A stretch of 64,000 nt of DNA from an uncultured Gammaproteobacteria bacterium (GCA_964442455.1 CAYTZB010000002.1:11159-75158); one strand, 5' to 3'; positions 1 to 11,127 are shown, counted from the stretch's first letter. The notes: generated from the sequence alone by a model not told the origin. Numbers and translations: made by a program.

Positions 1-1
1 A

Positions 2-376
2 AGAGAAATTTTCTATGCCTACAATGACGAGGAAAAGGAACAAGTTCTCAAAACCTTGCGGACAAAGGGTGTAGGGAAAAAGACAAAGGATGGGGAAGTA
101 ACTCAGGAAGTACAAGAAGAAGGTGACGGAGAAGCTCCTACTACTACCCGTGGTACTCGTACCATCGTCATCCAAAGATACAAAGGGTTAGGCGAGATGA
201 ACCCAAGCCAACTTTGGGAAACAACAATGAATCCCGAGAAACGGACTTTAAAACAAGTTAACGTCGAGGACGCCGCCGAAGCCGACCGCGTGTTTACGAT
301 GTTAATGGGCGAAGAAGTCCCACCCCGCAAAAGGTTCATCCAAACCCATGCCAAGCTGGCAAATCTGGATATTTAG
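2..376 (+). CDS. gyrB: DNA gyrase subunit B, C-terminal part (5'-partial)
   Basis: [22 protein letters not shown]...[14 protein letters not shown]-terminal motif; ORF runs off the window start. Confidence 0.95.
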   Translation, partial: REIFYAYNDEEKEQVLKTLRTKGVGKKTKDGEVTQEVQEEGDGEAPTTTRGTRTIVIQRYKGLGEMNPSQLWETTMNPEKRTLKQVNVEDAAEADRVFTMLMGEEVPPRKRFIQTHAKLANLDI

Positions 377-403
377 CTTAATTTTTGATAAAATAACCTC
401 GTT

Positions 404-1240
404 ATGAAGCAAGAAGCAGGAAAAGAACAACCAAAGCCAGAAGTAGTTCATATAGGCGAAAAGTTTTACCTTTTTGATCCAATCAGAACCGAGAGCGGAT
501 GGAATCCCCACTTTAACATAGTAAGATATGAATCGCGAATACTGCTAGAGACTAGGCTTAGGCTACCAATAGCAGCATATACTAGACCTACGTTTGATAT
601 TTTAAGATTGGAAGGTATAACACCGTATAACCCTGAGGCGGGTTACTCTATTTCTCAAACGGATTTTAATTGGGAAACTAGGATACGAAAACTAAAGCAA
701 CTTAGAGGTGAACTGGGAGATTTGAAGGTAGATTCTTCAAAAGCACCGTTAGCCATAATAATAGCGCACAACCCGCTAGAGGAACAAAGCATAGAATTAT
801 ACGATATTTCAAAGGGAGAAGAGATTCCTGATTTCACCGATATCGAACCATCAGATTTAATATCCAGAGTATTGGAGTATTCAACCTTACCCGAAGAAGA
901 ACGTAGGAGAGTTTTTAAGCATACATGGCACTATCCATTTAAAGCTGATGTAATAGAAGTATTAAAAAGATTGCATGTAGAGTTAATTTCTCCAGTTGGT
1001 CGTTTTGAGAGCAAACCATCTTTACGATCGCAAAAATCGGCAACTTTAGCATTTAACTGCTTTTATCCCTTTGGTAATCCACTTCCAGTAGAGGGCCACG
1101 ATTTAAAAGAGATGGGTCTAACTATGGAAGAGGGTTTCTATCTATGTGTGCCTTCCAATTTGGATCAGTTAAGCCAAATCCAAGCTCGATTTATCCTCGC
1201 TCCAGAAGAAGGCCAAGAAGCAAGACCTCCAGAACAGTAA
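404..1240 (+). CDS. hypothetical protein (orphan)
   Basis: 278-aa ORF, no recognised motif. Confidence 0.7.
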   Translation: MKQEAGKEQPKPEVVHIGEKFYLFDPIRTESGWNPHFNIVRYESRILLETRLRLPIAAYTRPTFDILRLEGITPYNPEAGYSISQTDFNWETRIRKLKQLRGELGDLKVDSSKAPLAIIIAHNPLEEQSIELYDISKGEEIPDFTDIEPSDLISRVLEYSTLPEEERRRVFKHTWHYPFKADVIEVLKRLHVELISPVGRFESKPSLRSQKSATLAFNCFYPFGNPLPVEGHDLKEMGLTMEEGFYLCVPSNLDQLSQIQARFILAPEEGQEARPPEQ

Positions 1241-1306
1241 ACCTAATCCACCACCCATTTTAGTACTTGACACGGGGAACAAGAAACCACAATGATAAAA
1301 ATAAGT

Positions 1307-1555
1307 ATGGTTGAACGACTGGCAGAAGAATTAGCACAAGGGGTTATGGCCGAAGATAGGGTCCTAGGCGCAGCAGCATTTCCAAGAACTCTCGACGAAC
1401 TCTACACCATTCTAGAAGAAGAGGGGGTAGCTCCAGCAAAAACTCTTGAAGTTGTATGGAGATTATCCGAAAATGAAGTATTAGCATTAAGACCTAACGG
1501 TAAATTCCAAGCAATAGGAAACTATCCACACCAACTTTGGTTGATGAACGAGTGA
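1307..1555 (+). CDS. small hypothetical protein
   Basis: ORF, likely start MVERL; TTGACA at 1267-1272. Confidence 0.55.
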   Translation: MVERLAEELAQGVMAEDRVLGAAAFPRTLDELYTILEEEGVAPAKTLEVVWRLSENEVLALRPNGKFQAIGNYPHQLWLMNE

Positions 1556-1605
1556 AGTATGCTGCTTTACTTTGTGAAAAGCAGATGATATAGTTTTTTC
1601 TACTC

Positions 1606-3609
1606 ATGGTACAGTTTCTTTCGCAGTACACATTCCACATTGTTATCGCTGCCTCAGGAGCAGCGATTCTTTATGCAATTTATCTTATTACCCAAATTTT
1701 AAAACAACCTCGCGGAACTCCTGAAATGATTAACATTGCTGATGCAATAAACGTCGGAGCAGTCGCTTATCTGCGGCGTCAGTACAGTGTTGTTGCAGGC
1801 ATTGCACTTCTTCTGGCAGTACTCATTGCCTGGTTTCTTGGAATGCATGTCGCCGCAGGATTTCTTGTTGGCGCGCTGGCTTCAGCCGTCGCCGGAATTG
1901 TGGGAATGTACATTTCGGTGCGAGCAAACGTTCGCGTCGCAGAAACAGCCAAACAGGGACTCGCTCAAGCGCTTGACCTCTCATTTAAAGGCGGAGCGGT
2001 AACCGGACTTCTGGTTGCCGGACTAGCACTCTTGTCAGTCACCGGCACGTTCCTAGTAGCCCAGCAAAACCTTCCTTTATCGCAAACCTTAACAACCCTT
2101 ATTGGGCTTGGATTTGGTGGCTCGCTCATTTCGGTCTTCGCTCGACTGGGTGGAGGGATCTATACAAAAGCAGCTGACGTCGGAACGGATATGGTCGGGA
2201 AAATTGAACAGGGGATTCCCGAAGATGATCCTCGAAACCCAGGAGTTATCGCCGATCTAGTAGGCGATAATGTTGGAGATTGCGCAGGAATGGCAGCGGA
2301 TTTGTTTGAAACGTATGTTGTCACCGCAGTTGCGACAATGCTTCTTGGGTTTTTAAGCGGAAGAGGGGACGTCGCAATTATTTTCCCGCTCATTCTTGGT
2401 GCAGTAACACTTACTGCAACTATCATTGGTACCTTTTTTGTTAAACTACCACGCGGTGAGAGCATCATGGGAGCACTATACCAGGGGCTGGCTGCAACTG
2501 TTGTTATCAGCGCAATCCTCCTATACCCCATAACCCAGTTTTATCTTGGTACGAACTTATTCTTTGCTGTTCTTGTCGGATTTGGAGTAGCGCTTGCCAT
2601 GGTAGGAATCACCGAATTCTTTACTTCAAAGAAATTTGCAAGCATTAGGAATCTCGCGCAGGCGTCTGAAACCGGACACGCAACCAACATCATTGCAGGA
2701 CTCGCTCTATCGCTTCGGTCAACCTTTCCAGCAATTCTTGTTATTGGATTAGGAATTCTGCTTGCTTACCAGGTTGGAGGACTCTACGCTATAGCAATTG
2801 CGGCAGCAAGCATGCTATCGCTCACTGGTATCGTTGTTGCTATTGACGCATTCGGTCCCATTACCGACAACGCAGGTGGTATTGCTGAGATGGCAAATTT
2901 GCCCGAGAAAGCTAGAAAAGTAACTGATGCACTCGATGCTGTAGGAAACACTACAAAAGCAGTTACTAAAGCGTATGCAATCGCCTCAGCAGGCCTTGCA
3001 GCACTCGTACTTTTTGCGTCCTACATCCAAGAATTAGGGGAGAATAGCCCGATAATCTTTTCTCTCTCTTCACCGTCGGTTCTGGTCGGGCTCTTTCTTG
3101 GGGGAGCACTCCCGTACCTTTTTGCAAGTTTTGCTCTGGAGGCAGTAGGGAAAACAGCAGGAAGTTTAGTTGAGGAAATTCGGCGGCAATTTAAGACCAT
3201 CAAAGGGATAATGGAAGGCAAAACTCGTCCCCAATATGACCGATGTGTTGATGTGGTTACCAAGGGAGCTTTGAAAGAGATGGTTATCCCAGCCCTATTA
3301 CCTGTACTTGTGCCAATTATCGTTGCATTCACTCTTGGAGCTCAAGCACTCGGTGGACTTCTCATAGGGACAATTATTACCGGACTCTTTGTTGCTCTTT
3401 CGATGACGACCGGTGGAGCAGCCTGGGATAACGCAAAAAAATATATTGAAGAGGGACACTTTGGTGGAAAAGGAAGCTTTGCTCATCAAGCAGCAGTAAC
3501 GGGCGATACCGTCGGCGACCCCTATAAAGACACCGCCGGGCCTGCCATAAACCCCATGATTAAGGTTGTAAACATTGTCGCTTTGCTTATTGCCCCGTTA
3601 TTGGCATAA
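1606..3609 (+). CDS. hppA: membrane-bound proton-translocating pyrophosphatase, probably K+-independent
   Basis: [28 protein letters not shown] motifs; Lys in GNTTK. Confidence 0.95.
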   Translation: MVQFLSQYTFHIVIAASGAAILYAIYLITQILKQPRGTPEMINIADAINVGAVAYLRRQYSVVAGIALLLAVLIAWFLGMHVAAGFLVGALASAVAGIVGMYISVRANVRVAETAKQGLAQALDLSFKGGAVTGLLVAGLALLSVTGTFLVAQQNLPLSQTLTTLIGLGFGGSLISVFARLGGGIYTKAADVGTDMVGKIEQGIPEDDPRNPGVIADLVGDNVGDCAGMAADLFETYVVTAVATMLLGFLSGRGDVAIIFPLILGAVTLTATIIGTFFVKLPRGESIMGALYQGLAATVVISAILLYPITQFYLGTNLFFAVLVGFGVALAMVGITEFFTSKKFASIRNLAQASETGHATNIIAGLALSLRSTFPAILVIGLGILLAYQVGGLYAIAIAAASMLSLTGIVVAIDAFGPITDNAGGIAEMANLPEKARKVTDALDAVGNTTKAVTKAYAIASAGLAALVLFASYIQELGENSPIIFSLSSPSVLVGLFLGGALPYLFASFALEAVGKTAGSLVEEIRRQFKTIKGIMEGKTRPQYDRCVDVVTKGALKEMVIPALLPVLVPIIVAFTLGAQALGGLLIGTIITGLFVALSMTTGGAAWDNAKKYIEEGHFGGKGSFAHQAAVTGDTVGDPYKDTAGPAINPMIKVVNIVALLIAPLLA

Positions 3610-3631
3610 GTTTCCCAGGGCCACAAGAGCG

Positions 3632-3660
3632 TTGTATTTTGCTTCAAAATCTCGTATAAT
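3632..3660 (+). promoter_or_regulatory. sigma70-type promoter upstream of the duplicated gyrA start
   Basis: TTGTAT-17bp-TATAAT. Confidence 0.6.
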
Positions 3661-3677
3661 TATACAGTTTCAGCCTC

Positions 3678-3980
3678 ATGGATATAGGTAAAATTCAACC
3701 AGTTGAGATAAAACACAGTATAAGAAATAATCCAGGATTTAGCGCGCGAGGCGAACTTTGTAAGAAGCGAAGGTAACCCTTTCGAAAAATGTGTCGAGTC
3801 GTACGAAGAATGAGGTAGGAAGTTCTAATAAGGGATTCCGTATGATGAGACGCAAGCGAGGAGTGGATTATTACACTCGAACTACCGCTCTATACGACGA
3901 GCGTTTTTGAGAAAGGTGTTTCCGAAGCTTAACATAAATAACAAAGATGGACATAGGTAAAATTCAACCAGTTGAGATAA
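3678..3980 (+). repeat. 34-bp direct repeat of the gyrA start (3678-3711 and 3947-3980) around a structured 235-bp insert
   Basis: ATGGA(T/C)ATAGGTAAAATTCAACCAGTTGAGATAA occurs twice, 1 mismatch. Confidence 0.9.
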
Positions 3981-6535
3981 CAGAAGAACTTCAAAAGTCG
4001 TACCTCGACTACGCAATGTCGGTCATTGTTGCGCGCGCGTTGCCTGATGTGCGCGATGGACTAAAACCCGTACACCGTCGAATCTTGTACGCAATGCACC
4101 GTCTGGGACTGCGGCCGGGCGGGGGATTCACAAAATCAGCAAAAGTAGTAGGAGAGGTATTAGGAAAGTATCATCCTCATGGTGACATGCCGGTATACGA
4201 CGCTCTCGTCAGGCTTGCTCAAGACTTCTCCATGCGCTATCCGCTGGTTTCGGGACAAGGAAACTTTGGTTCAGTTGATGGGGACCCTCCTGCTGCCATG
4301 CGTTATACCGAAGTGCGTCTCGCATCAGCGGCAAATGCGATGCTAGCGGACTTGGACAGCGACACGGTCGACTGGCTTGATAACTTCGATACGACGCTTA
4401 AAGAGCCCGTTTATTTGCCTGCAAAACTACCAAACCTTCTGCTCGCGGGTGCGGACGGCATTGCGGTCGGAATGGCAACCAAAATTCCGCCTCATAATCT
4501 TCGAGAGGTCGTAAAAGCCGCTCTTGCCACGATTGCACGAGGAACACTAACTCCGGTAGAGAACGGCGAAGAACCACTCGCAACCTTCACCCTAAAAAGA
4601 ATTGAACTCGCGGTAAAAGAAAACCAAGAAAGCGATGATATTCCTATTCCAAAGCTCCAGTTTGCCTCCGAGATTACCACAGAAGAGCTTATTACCCACA
4701 TTCCTGGTCCTGATTTCCCCACGGGAGGCGCAATCTACGACGCGCACTCCCTTATCGAAATGTACGGGAGCGGCCGAGGCAAGATTACCGTTCGTGGAAT
4801 AGCAAAAATTGAGGAAGGAAAGGGAGGAAAACAGCGAATTGTCGTGACAGAGATCCCTTATCAAGTGAATAAAGCACAGCTGGTCGCTCGTATTGCACAA
4901 CTAGCACGCGATAAGAAAATTCAGGGAATCTCGGACATTAGGGATGAGTCTGACAGGGCAGGGATGTCAATTGTTATAGAACTTCGACGTGACGCAAAAC
5001 CCAAGGCAGTGCTCAATAATCTCTATAAACATACCACACTTCAAACAAGCTTTCCTGCAAATTTTGTCGCGTTGGTAGACGGAGTGCCTCATACCTTGGG
5101 TCTTAAACGTATTCTTACTGAATACATTGACCACAGACAGAGAATTATTGTACGACGTACGGTATTTGAACTGCGAGAAGCACGGCGTCGAGCACATATT
5201 TTGGAAGGCTTAAAAATCGCGCTTGATAACTTGGATGCAGTTATTGACACGATAAAGAAAGCGGCGGATGCAGATGAAGCAAAACAGAAATTAATGAGCC
5301 GCTTTGGGTTAACAGAAGTTCAAGCAACGGCAATTTTGGATATGCAACTGCGGCGCTTGGCTCGTCTTGAACGAGAAAAAATTGAGCAGGAATGGAAAGA
5401 ACTGCAGGAACTTATTAAAAAGCTAGAAGGAATTTTAACGACCCCCCAAAAAACACTCGACGTCCTGACTGACGAGCTAGAAGAGCTTGCAAAAGTATAC
5501 GGTGATATTCGGCGCACGAAAATCTATCAAACGAAACTGGGAGAATTCTCGCAAGAAGATTTGGTGGCAAAAGAGGAAACGCTCATCACATTGACTGCTG
5601 GCGGGTATATAAAGCGAGTTCCATTTTCTACCTATCGTCAACAAGCACGAGGCGGAAAGGGAGTAATGGGAACCGCAGTAAAACGTGAGGATGAAATCGT
5701 GCATCTCACCTCTGCCTCAACGCATGACCTCCTTCTCGTATTTACCGATAAGGGGCGAGTGTACGCAACTCCCGTGTGGGAAATTCCCGAAGGAAGCCGA
5801 CTCTCCCGAGGCCAAGCAATTATTAATTTAGTGAATCTTGAAGCTGAAGAAGCAATTCAAACAATCCTTCCTTTAACCAAAAATGGAGACACTAAGTTCC
5901 TCTTTATGGCAACCAAAGGGGGCGAGGTAAAAAAGACTGGAATTCTTAAGTTCGCAAACATTCGGGGACGAGGAATCGTAGCAATTAAACTAGACAAAAA
6001 TGACCGATTAGCATGGGTCAAGCCAACAACAGGGGAAGATGAAATTTTATTGGTTACACAAAAAGGGAAGGCAATCCGCTTTAAGGAGGCACAAATCAGA
6101 CCAACAGGACGTGCCACAATGGGAGTACGGGGGGTTAGGCTTGGAAAAGATGATTCTGTTATCGGAATGGAGGTAATTTACAAAAGAAAAGATGTTGATG
6201 GTCGGAAAAAACCATTCACTGACATTCTCGTGGTCACCGAACGGGGATTAGGGAAACGAACTCCTGTCAAGCTATTTCCGCTTCAAGGAAGGGGAGGAGT
6301 GGGAGTAAAAATTGCAAACATTAATAACAAAACTGGTAATATAATAGTGGCGCTCTTTGCGGTTGAAGATATAAAGCAAATCATTATTACCTCAAAAACA
6401 GGTCAAGTCATTAAATTGCCCATCAGAAATGTCCCTCAATTAGGACGGGCAACCCAGGGGGTAATCCTTATGCGGTTTACAAAAGAAGAAGATGGAGTTG
6501 CCGCAGTTGCAACAGTTGATGAGGGTGAAGAATAA
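3947..6535 (+). CDS. gyrA: DNA gyrase subunit A
   Basis: [29 protein letters not shown], GyrA-box-like QARGGKG, C-terminal pinwheel repeats. Confidence 0.97.
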   Translation: MDIGKIQPVEITEELQKSYLDYAMSVIVARALPDVRDGLKPVHRRILYAMHRLGLRPGGGFTKSAKVVGEVLGKYHPHGDMPVYDALVRLAQDFSMRYPLVSGQGNFGSVDGDPPAAMRYTEVRLASAANAMLADLDSDTVDWLDNFDTTLKEPVYLPAKLPNLLLAGADGIAVGMATKIPPHNLREVVKAALATIARGTLTPVENGEEPLATFTLKRIELAVKENQESDDIPIPKLQFASEITTEELITHIPGPDFPTGGAIYDAHSLIEMYGSGRGKITVRGIAKIEEGKGGKQRIVVTEIPYQVNKAQLVARIAQLARDKKIQGISDIRDESDRAGMSIVIELRRDAKPKAVLNNLYKHTTLQTSFPANFVALVDGVPHTLGLKRILTEYIDHRQRIIVRRTVFELREARRRAHILEGLKIALDNLDAVIDTIKKAADADEAKQKLMSRFGLTEVQATAILDMQLRRLARLEREKIEQEWKELQELIKKLEGILTTPQKTLDVLTDELEELAKVYGDIRRTKIYQTKLGEFSQEDLVAKEETLITLTAGGYIKRVPFSTYRQQARGGKGVMGTAVKREDEIVHLTSASTHDLLLVFTDKGRVYATPVWEIPEGSRLSRGQAIINLVNLEAEEAIQTILPLTKNGDTKFLFMATKGGEVKKTGILKFANIRGRGIVAIKLDKNDRLAWVKPTTGEDEILLVTQKGKAIRFKEAQIRPTGRATMGVRGVRLGKDDSVIGMEVIYKRKDVDGRKKPFTDILVVTERGLGKRTPVKLFPLQGRGGVGVKIANINNKTGNIIVALFAVEDIKQIIITSKTGQVIKLPIRNVPQLGRATQGVILMRFTKEEDGVAAVATVDEGEE

Positions 6536-6566
6536 GGCTATACTGAAATTAAAACAAACTTAAAAT

Positions 6567-7301
6567 ATGCTTGGTTATGTCAAACCATTGTTGACCGCAA
6601 TAATCGTCTTTATTCTTGTGGTGCTTTACAGTCGCTTCGGCCCCGGTCTTCCCGTTAATGTAATCTCCACGCAAAAAACAGACCTTTTCACAGTGAATGG
6701 GGAAGGGAAGGTAACTGCAATCCCTGATACTGCAAGAGTTATGATTGGAATCTCTATAGATCGGCCCAACCTTAAAACAGCACAAGAAGAAGCAAATAGA
6801 ATAACCAATACTATTACTGATCAATTGATTAAACTCGGCATCGACAAAAAAGACATTAAAACCACTAACTATAGTATTAATCCATCATATGATTACACAA
6901 GTAGCCCACCTCGCTCGAGCGGTTTTACCATCAACATTACGCAAGAAATTACTGTTAAAAACCTCGACCTTGTAAACCAAGCAATTGACATCACAACAGC
7001 AAATGGAGCAAATATCGTCGGAGGGTTGTACTTTACAGTTAACGATGAAAAACAAAAAGAGTTAGAAGGCGAAGCACGAACGCTCGCAATTAAAGACGCA
7101 AAAGAGAAAGCAGTTCAGATGGCAGATGCCGCTGGAATTACCTTAGGACGAGTTATTAATATTCAAGAAGTTCCTTCTGATTTCCCACGACCAGTTCCAC
7201 TTCGAGCAGTTCCTGAAGGTGGTGCTGGAGGAGAAACTCAAGTTCAACCAGGAACATCCGAGATTACCTCTCAAATTATCCTTACCTTCGAAACCAGATA
7301 G
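6567..7301 (+). CDS. SIMPL (DUF541) family exported protein
   Basis: N-terminal TM; VNGEGKVTAIPD, AIKDAKEKA...AGITLG, QPG patterns. Confidence 0.85.
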   Translation: MLGYVKPLLTAIIVFILVVLYSRFGPGLPVNVISTQKTDLFTVNGEGKVTAIPDTARVMIGISIDRPNLKTAQEEANRITNTITDQLIKLGIDKKDIKTTNYSINPSYDYTSSPPRSSGFTINITQEITVKNLDLVNQAIDITTANGANIVGGLYFTVNDEKQKELEGEARTLAIKDAKEKAVQMADAAGITLGRVINIQEVPSDFPRPVPLRAVPEGGAGGETQVQPGTSEITSQIILTFETR

Positions 7302-8225
7302 TCATTTATTCCCTCTATGAAACGCTTCGTGAACATCTCGTAACTGCTTATTAGTTACGTGGGTGTAGATTTGGGTTGTTGAGATGTTTTTGTGGCCGAG
7401 CATTTCTTGGACTGAGCGTAAATCTGCTCCTGCCATCAACAAATCGGTGGCAAACGAGTGTCGCAAGACGTGTGGCGTAGCCTCAACGGGCAATTTTATC
7501 TTACGAACATATTTCTTAATCATGCGTTGAATTGAACGGGGAGTCAGACGCATTGACTCGTCACTTCCTGTTACTTCCTTTTTGCCAGCATAGCGAATGA
7601 ATAATGGCTTATACGGATCATCGCGTGTGGCAAGATAATCGGCAATGTATTGTGCAGCACGCCTTGAAAGAAATACCACGCGGGGGCGCCTTCCTTTCCC
7701 AATAATCCCAAACTCTCGGGAATCAAGATCAAGTTTATCACGGTCAAGAGAGACAAGCTCAGACACACGAAGCCCAGTCGAGAATAAAAGTTCAAGGATT
7801 GCCTTGTCGCGTTTACCTTGTGGAGTCGACAAAGAAGGTGCAGAAAGTAGCCGCTCAACCTGTTCACCGTTCAAAAAATTCGGTGTATGCGCATCTGCCT
7901 TTGGCAAATCAAGCTTTTCAGGAGCAAGTGCTTCATGGTCATTTTTTCGAAGCCATTTTAAAAAAGCACGAAGTGCAATAATATGGTAACTTTGGGTTTT
8001 GCGAGAAAGGGGAGTGTTATGTGAGGTAAGACGAGAGAGGTAAACTCTGTATTGTCGCACACTTTCATTGTTGATATCACGCACGTTGGGCGCCGATTTC
8101 TGTTTCTCTAGCCACTCATAAAACCGCCGCAAATAATGGTTATAGTTACGGATGGTCAATGGCGAAACATTCCGCTCGATCTCTAAATACTCAAAGAACT
8201 GGTTAATGAGATTTTTGAGTTCCAT
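7302..8225 (-). CDS. XerC/XerD-like tyrosine recombinase
   Basis: N-terminal SAM-like domain; TGLRVSEL, HVLRHSFAT, LGH, TQIY catalytic residues. Confidence 0.92.
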   Translation of the reverse strand: MELKNLINQFFEYLEIERNVSPLTIRNYNHYLRRFYEWLEKQKSAPNVRDINNESVRQYRVYLSRLTSHNTPLSRKTQSYHIIALRAFLKWLRKNDHEALAPEKLDLPKADAHTPNFLNGEQVERLLSAPSLSTPQGKRDKAILELLFSTGLRVSELVSLDRDKLDLDSREFGIIGKGRRPRVVFLSRRAAQYIADYLATRDDPYKPLFIRYAGKKEVTGSDESMRLTPRSIQRMIKKYVRKIKLPVEATPHVLRHSFATDLLMAGADLRSVQEMLGHKNISTTQIYTHVTNKQLRDVHEAFHRGNK

Positions 8226-8355
8226 CAGGCAGTTATACATCTAGTTTACACTTCGACAAGCTCAGTGTCAACATTGTGCGACACAAGCTATTTTTAATCA
8301 TTTTTCTTCTTCTATTATTTGCTTCTAAAGATAAAAATTTTGTATAATCTTGTTT

Positions 8356-8913
8356 ATGGAAAGCCTTTTCGGAAGACATACAGTATTTAATGAGGACTTA
8401 AAATCGCTCATTATCAATTATTACACGGGCGTGGACCAAGTCATTTCTGCGTGGTCTTATGAACTTGCTTCTCTAACTGATTTTGAGAGCTCTTACATAA
8501 AGAGCATTATAGACACAGTTTTAGAAGGTGGAGGAGGCGTTGGAATAGTTGAATGGCCTGTGGGCAACCAACCAATGCAAGCGACACTAATAACCAAAAA
8601 TTCCATGCAAAGAGCAATAAACTACAATAATAGATTTCTCCCTTCAGAAGCCTCTTCTCTCCCTGAGGAAGAAACATACGACATACACATTGGAATATCA
8701 CCAAAAGATTTTATAGTGGTATTCAAATCTGCAAGTTTTCAACTACCTTTTGTATTTGATAATGAACCAAAAGGCAGACAAAGAAGAGGTGCTATTCTTT
8801 ATAAAGAGCCGGACGGCAAGTGGAAACCCTTGCTCGGAGTTAACTCTGTAAGGAATCAAATGAATTGGGTTTTATTTGATGAAGCCTACCAACTTTCATT
8901 CACTCAATCTTAA
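8356..8913 (+). CDS. hypothetical protein (orphan)
   Basis: ~185-aa AT-rich ORF. Confidence 0.65.
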   Translation: MESLFGRHTVFNEDLKSLIINYYTGVDQVISAWSYELASLTDFESSYIKSIIDTVLEGGGGVGIVEWPVGNQPMQATLITKNSMQRAINYNNRFLPSEASSLPEEETYDIHIGISPKDFIVVFKSASFQLPFVFDNEPKGRQRRGAILYKEPDGKWKPLLGVNSVRNQMNWVLFDEAYQLSFTQS

Positions 8914-9100
8914 ACGAAAAACAGGACACGTGTGGCCTATAGTAGGGGAGTGGGATTCGGTTAATCTTCGGAAGAGATAAAATACATAGGCGGCTCCAAA
9001 CGGGAGAAACATAAGAAAAATAAGCTTAATTTAACAAAAAAAATTTCAAAACTTGGGTGAAACATAAAGCAATACCATCCCTCCTCCACACACTCATTCT

Positions 9101-9128
9101 ACGTCGTAAAAGTATTATTGTGCGACAC
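9101..9128. other. candidate dif-like recombination site
   Basis: ACGTCGTAAAA-GTATTA-TTGTGCGACAC: 11-6-11 layout, arms 7/11 inverted-identical, close to the Xer gene. Confidence 0.55.
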
Positions 9129-9610
9129 AATACCACCTTTATTCCCTAGTCAAACAACTCTAGCTTTTTCTTCTTAAAGAGAGTAGGGTCGAAAATAAAC
9201 ATTAGAGCCCCCGAGCCAACTATACTTTTCTTCCCGCATTTCTTCTCGTATTTGTTTGTACTTCTATGACTCTTCCCCAACACTCTCTCCTCAGTTATCC
9301 ACATCCACTTTTCTCCGAACTAAAAACATATATCAAACTATATCATTTAAAGCTAAATAGGTATATTAGAGGGAAAGGAGCGGGAGTAAATGCAGCGCAG
9401 AATTGCTCTTGGAAGGAAAAGAGCTTCGGGTTTTCTTCCCGCAAGCTAATTAGCAGTTTCTTTGTTAATCTGCGTGAAAAGTTATCCTATAATGTGTGAA
9501 AACCCTATAGTAAACTATAGGGTAAATAGTGAGCTTGCCGAACTACTCCCCTTCCCCTGCTCCTGTCAACTAAAAAATTTAGATATTAGACATTAGAAGA
9601 AATTTTAAAG

Positions 9611-10381
9611 CTACCCTCCCCATTTTGAGCTCAAATACACGGCAAGAAGTACGACTAGCCCTACCAAAAGATACTCCTTCACTGTTCGCGCAAATAATCG
9701 GCCAACAAGTTCAGCTTGGAGAAACCCAAGGAGCACATACAGCACTGTCGTCAGAAAGAGTGATGCAACAACCACCGTCACCGGCCAGAGCGATATCATA
9801 AACCCAATCTCCCCCAAAACGGCGCTCACTACCGCAGACCACAGTATCAAGCGAGGGTTCACTCGCTCATCAAGCTCGATACTCCATACGCTCTGTAAAA
9901 CGAGTGGGAAGGAGAGAAGTAATGCACCTCCCCCATTAACCCAAGGAGCAAGCCGAAATGACCACACGGTATCAAACAAAAAGAAAGAAGTCGCGAGAGT
10001 CAATAAAAATCCAACTGCGTGAGCTGCTCGAAGAAGAGCAATCGTACGAATTGCGGCAACATTATAAATATTTGCAGTTAAAAGCAGCGCATACATCCCC
10101 AATCCATACAAGAATACAACAGGAAGCCGCGCCAGTAGTGCGCTCGGGAGCAAAAAGTAGAAAAACCCTACCCCCGCAGTAAATGCAACCGGCAAAACGA
10201 GCGTGAGGAGGGTGGCATTGCGACCGACTGTCTCTCGAAGTGACCAAAGTGAAAGAATGCCCGAGCCCACAACAACCGCCACAATCGCCTCATAGCGAAA
10301 CAGTACATCTGTTAATTGAATAATCAAGAAAGCTCCAGCTAAAATTATTGAAGTGAAAATAAATTTTCTTCTTTTAGACAT
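9611..10381 (-). CDS. multi-pass membrane protein
   Basis: 256 aa, many hydrophobic helices. Confidence 0.8.
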   Translation of the reverse strand: MSKRRKFIFTSIILAGAFLIIQLTDVLFRYEAIVAVVVGSGILSLWSLRETVGRNATLLTLVLPVAFTAGVGFFYFLLPSALLARLPVVFLYGLGMYALLLTANIYNVAAIRTIALLRAAHAVGFLLTLATSFFLFDTVWSFRLAPWVNGGGALLLSFPLVLQSVWSIELDERVNPRLILWSAVVSAVLGEIGFMISLWPVTVVVASLFLTTVLYVLLGFLQAELVGRLFARTVKEYLLVGLVVLLAVYLSSKWGG

Positions 10382-10389
10382 GGCTCTTT

Positions 10390-11127
10390 CTATTTACCTA
10401 TTTGTCCAAGAATTTCTTGTGGAATATCAATATTCGCCCAAACATTCTGTACATCATCATGCGCCTGAATATTCTCAAGAAATGAGACTACTTTTTGAGC
10501 CTCACTCGGATTATTAATTGTAACAAGATTTTTGGGCCGCAAAACGAGCTCTAAACTTGCCACATCAAACCCCAGTTCATTTATCTTCTCTCGCAGTGAA
10601 GAAAGCTCGCGAGTGTTAACAAAGATTTCAATTCCATCCGGTGTCTCTTCTAAATCCTCCACTCCTGCATCAATAAGCGCTAACATCTGCTCTTGCGGAG
10701 AGTTAGTTTTTTGTACCACGAGCTGTCCAAGCTCCTCAAATTGATACGAGACACTGCCGGGATTCCCTAGTCTCCCCCCTCCCCGCTCAAACAAGTTTTT
10801 AACTTCCTGTGCAGTTCTGTTCTTATTATCTGTTACTGCTTGAACTACTACCGCAACCCCCGAAGGACCATAGCCTTCATAGGTTGCCTCTTCAACCCCT
10901 GCTCCCCCAACAGCCCTGGTTATAGCTCGCTCAATATTGTCCTTAGGCATGTTAGCAGCTCGCGCTCTATCAATGGCAAGCCGAAGCTTGAAATTGGCAT
11001 CTGGGTTTACCCCCACTTTTCCTGCAATTGTTATTGCACGGGCAAGCTTCGAGAACAACAAACCCCGCTTAATATCCGTTGATTCTTTCTGCCGCTTAAT
11101 TGTTGACCATTTACTGTGTCCAGACAT
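10390..11127 (-). CDS. yebC: YebC/PmpR family protein
   Basis: MSGHSKWSTIKR, YEGYGPSG, TDNKNRT, DDVQNV. Confidence 0.95.
   Translation of the reverse strand: MSGHSKWSTIKRQKESTDIKRGLLFSKLARAITIAGKVGVNPDANFKLRLAIDRARAANMPKDNIERAITRAVGGAGVEEATYEGYGPSGVAVVVQAVTDNKNRTAQEVKNLFERGGGRLGNPGSVSYQFEELGQLVVQKTNSPQEQMLALIDAGVEDLEETPDGIEIFVNTRELSSLREKINELGFDVASLELVLRPKNLVTINNPSEAQKVVSFLENIQAHDDVQNVWANIDIPQEILGQIGK

Noticed and set aside
3812-3890. Hammerhead ribozyme in the gyrA leader (TGATGA..GAA three-way junction)
   Set aside because: The core reads ATGATGA and GAAC instead of CTGANGA and GAAA, with no properly placed NUH triplet.
7302-8913. Integron
   Set aside because: The recombinase looks Xer-like with no evident IntI-specific insertion, and no attC array was seen.
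8914-9610. oriC
   Set aside because: Only one perfect DnaA box, no dnaA/dnaN nearby, and gene orientation converges rather than diverges.
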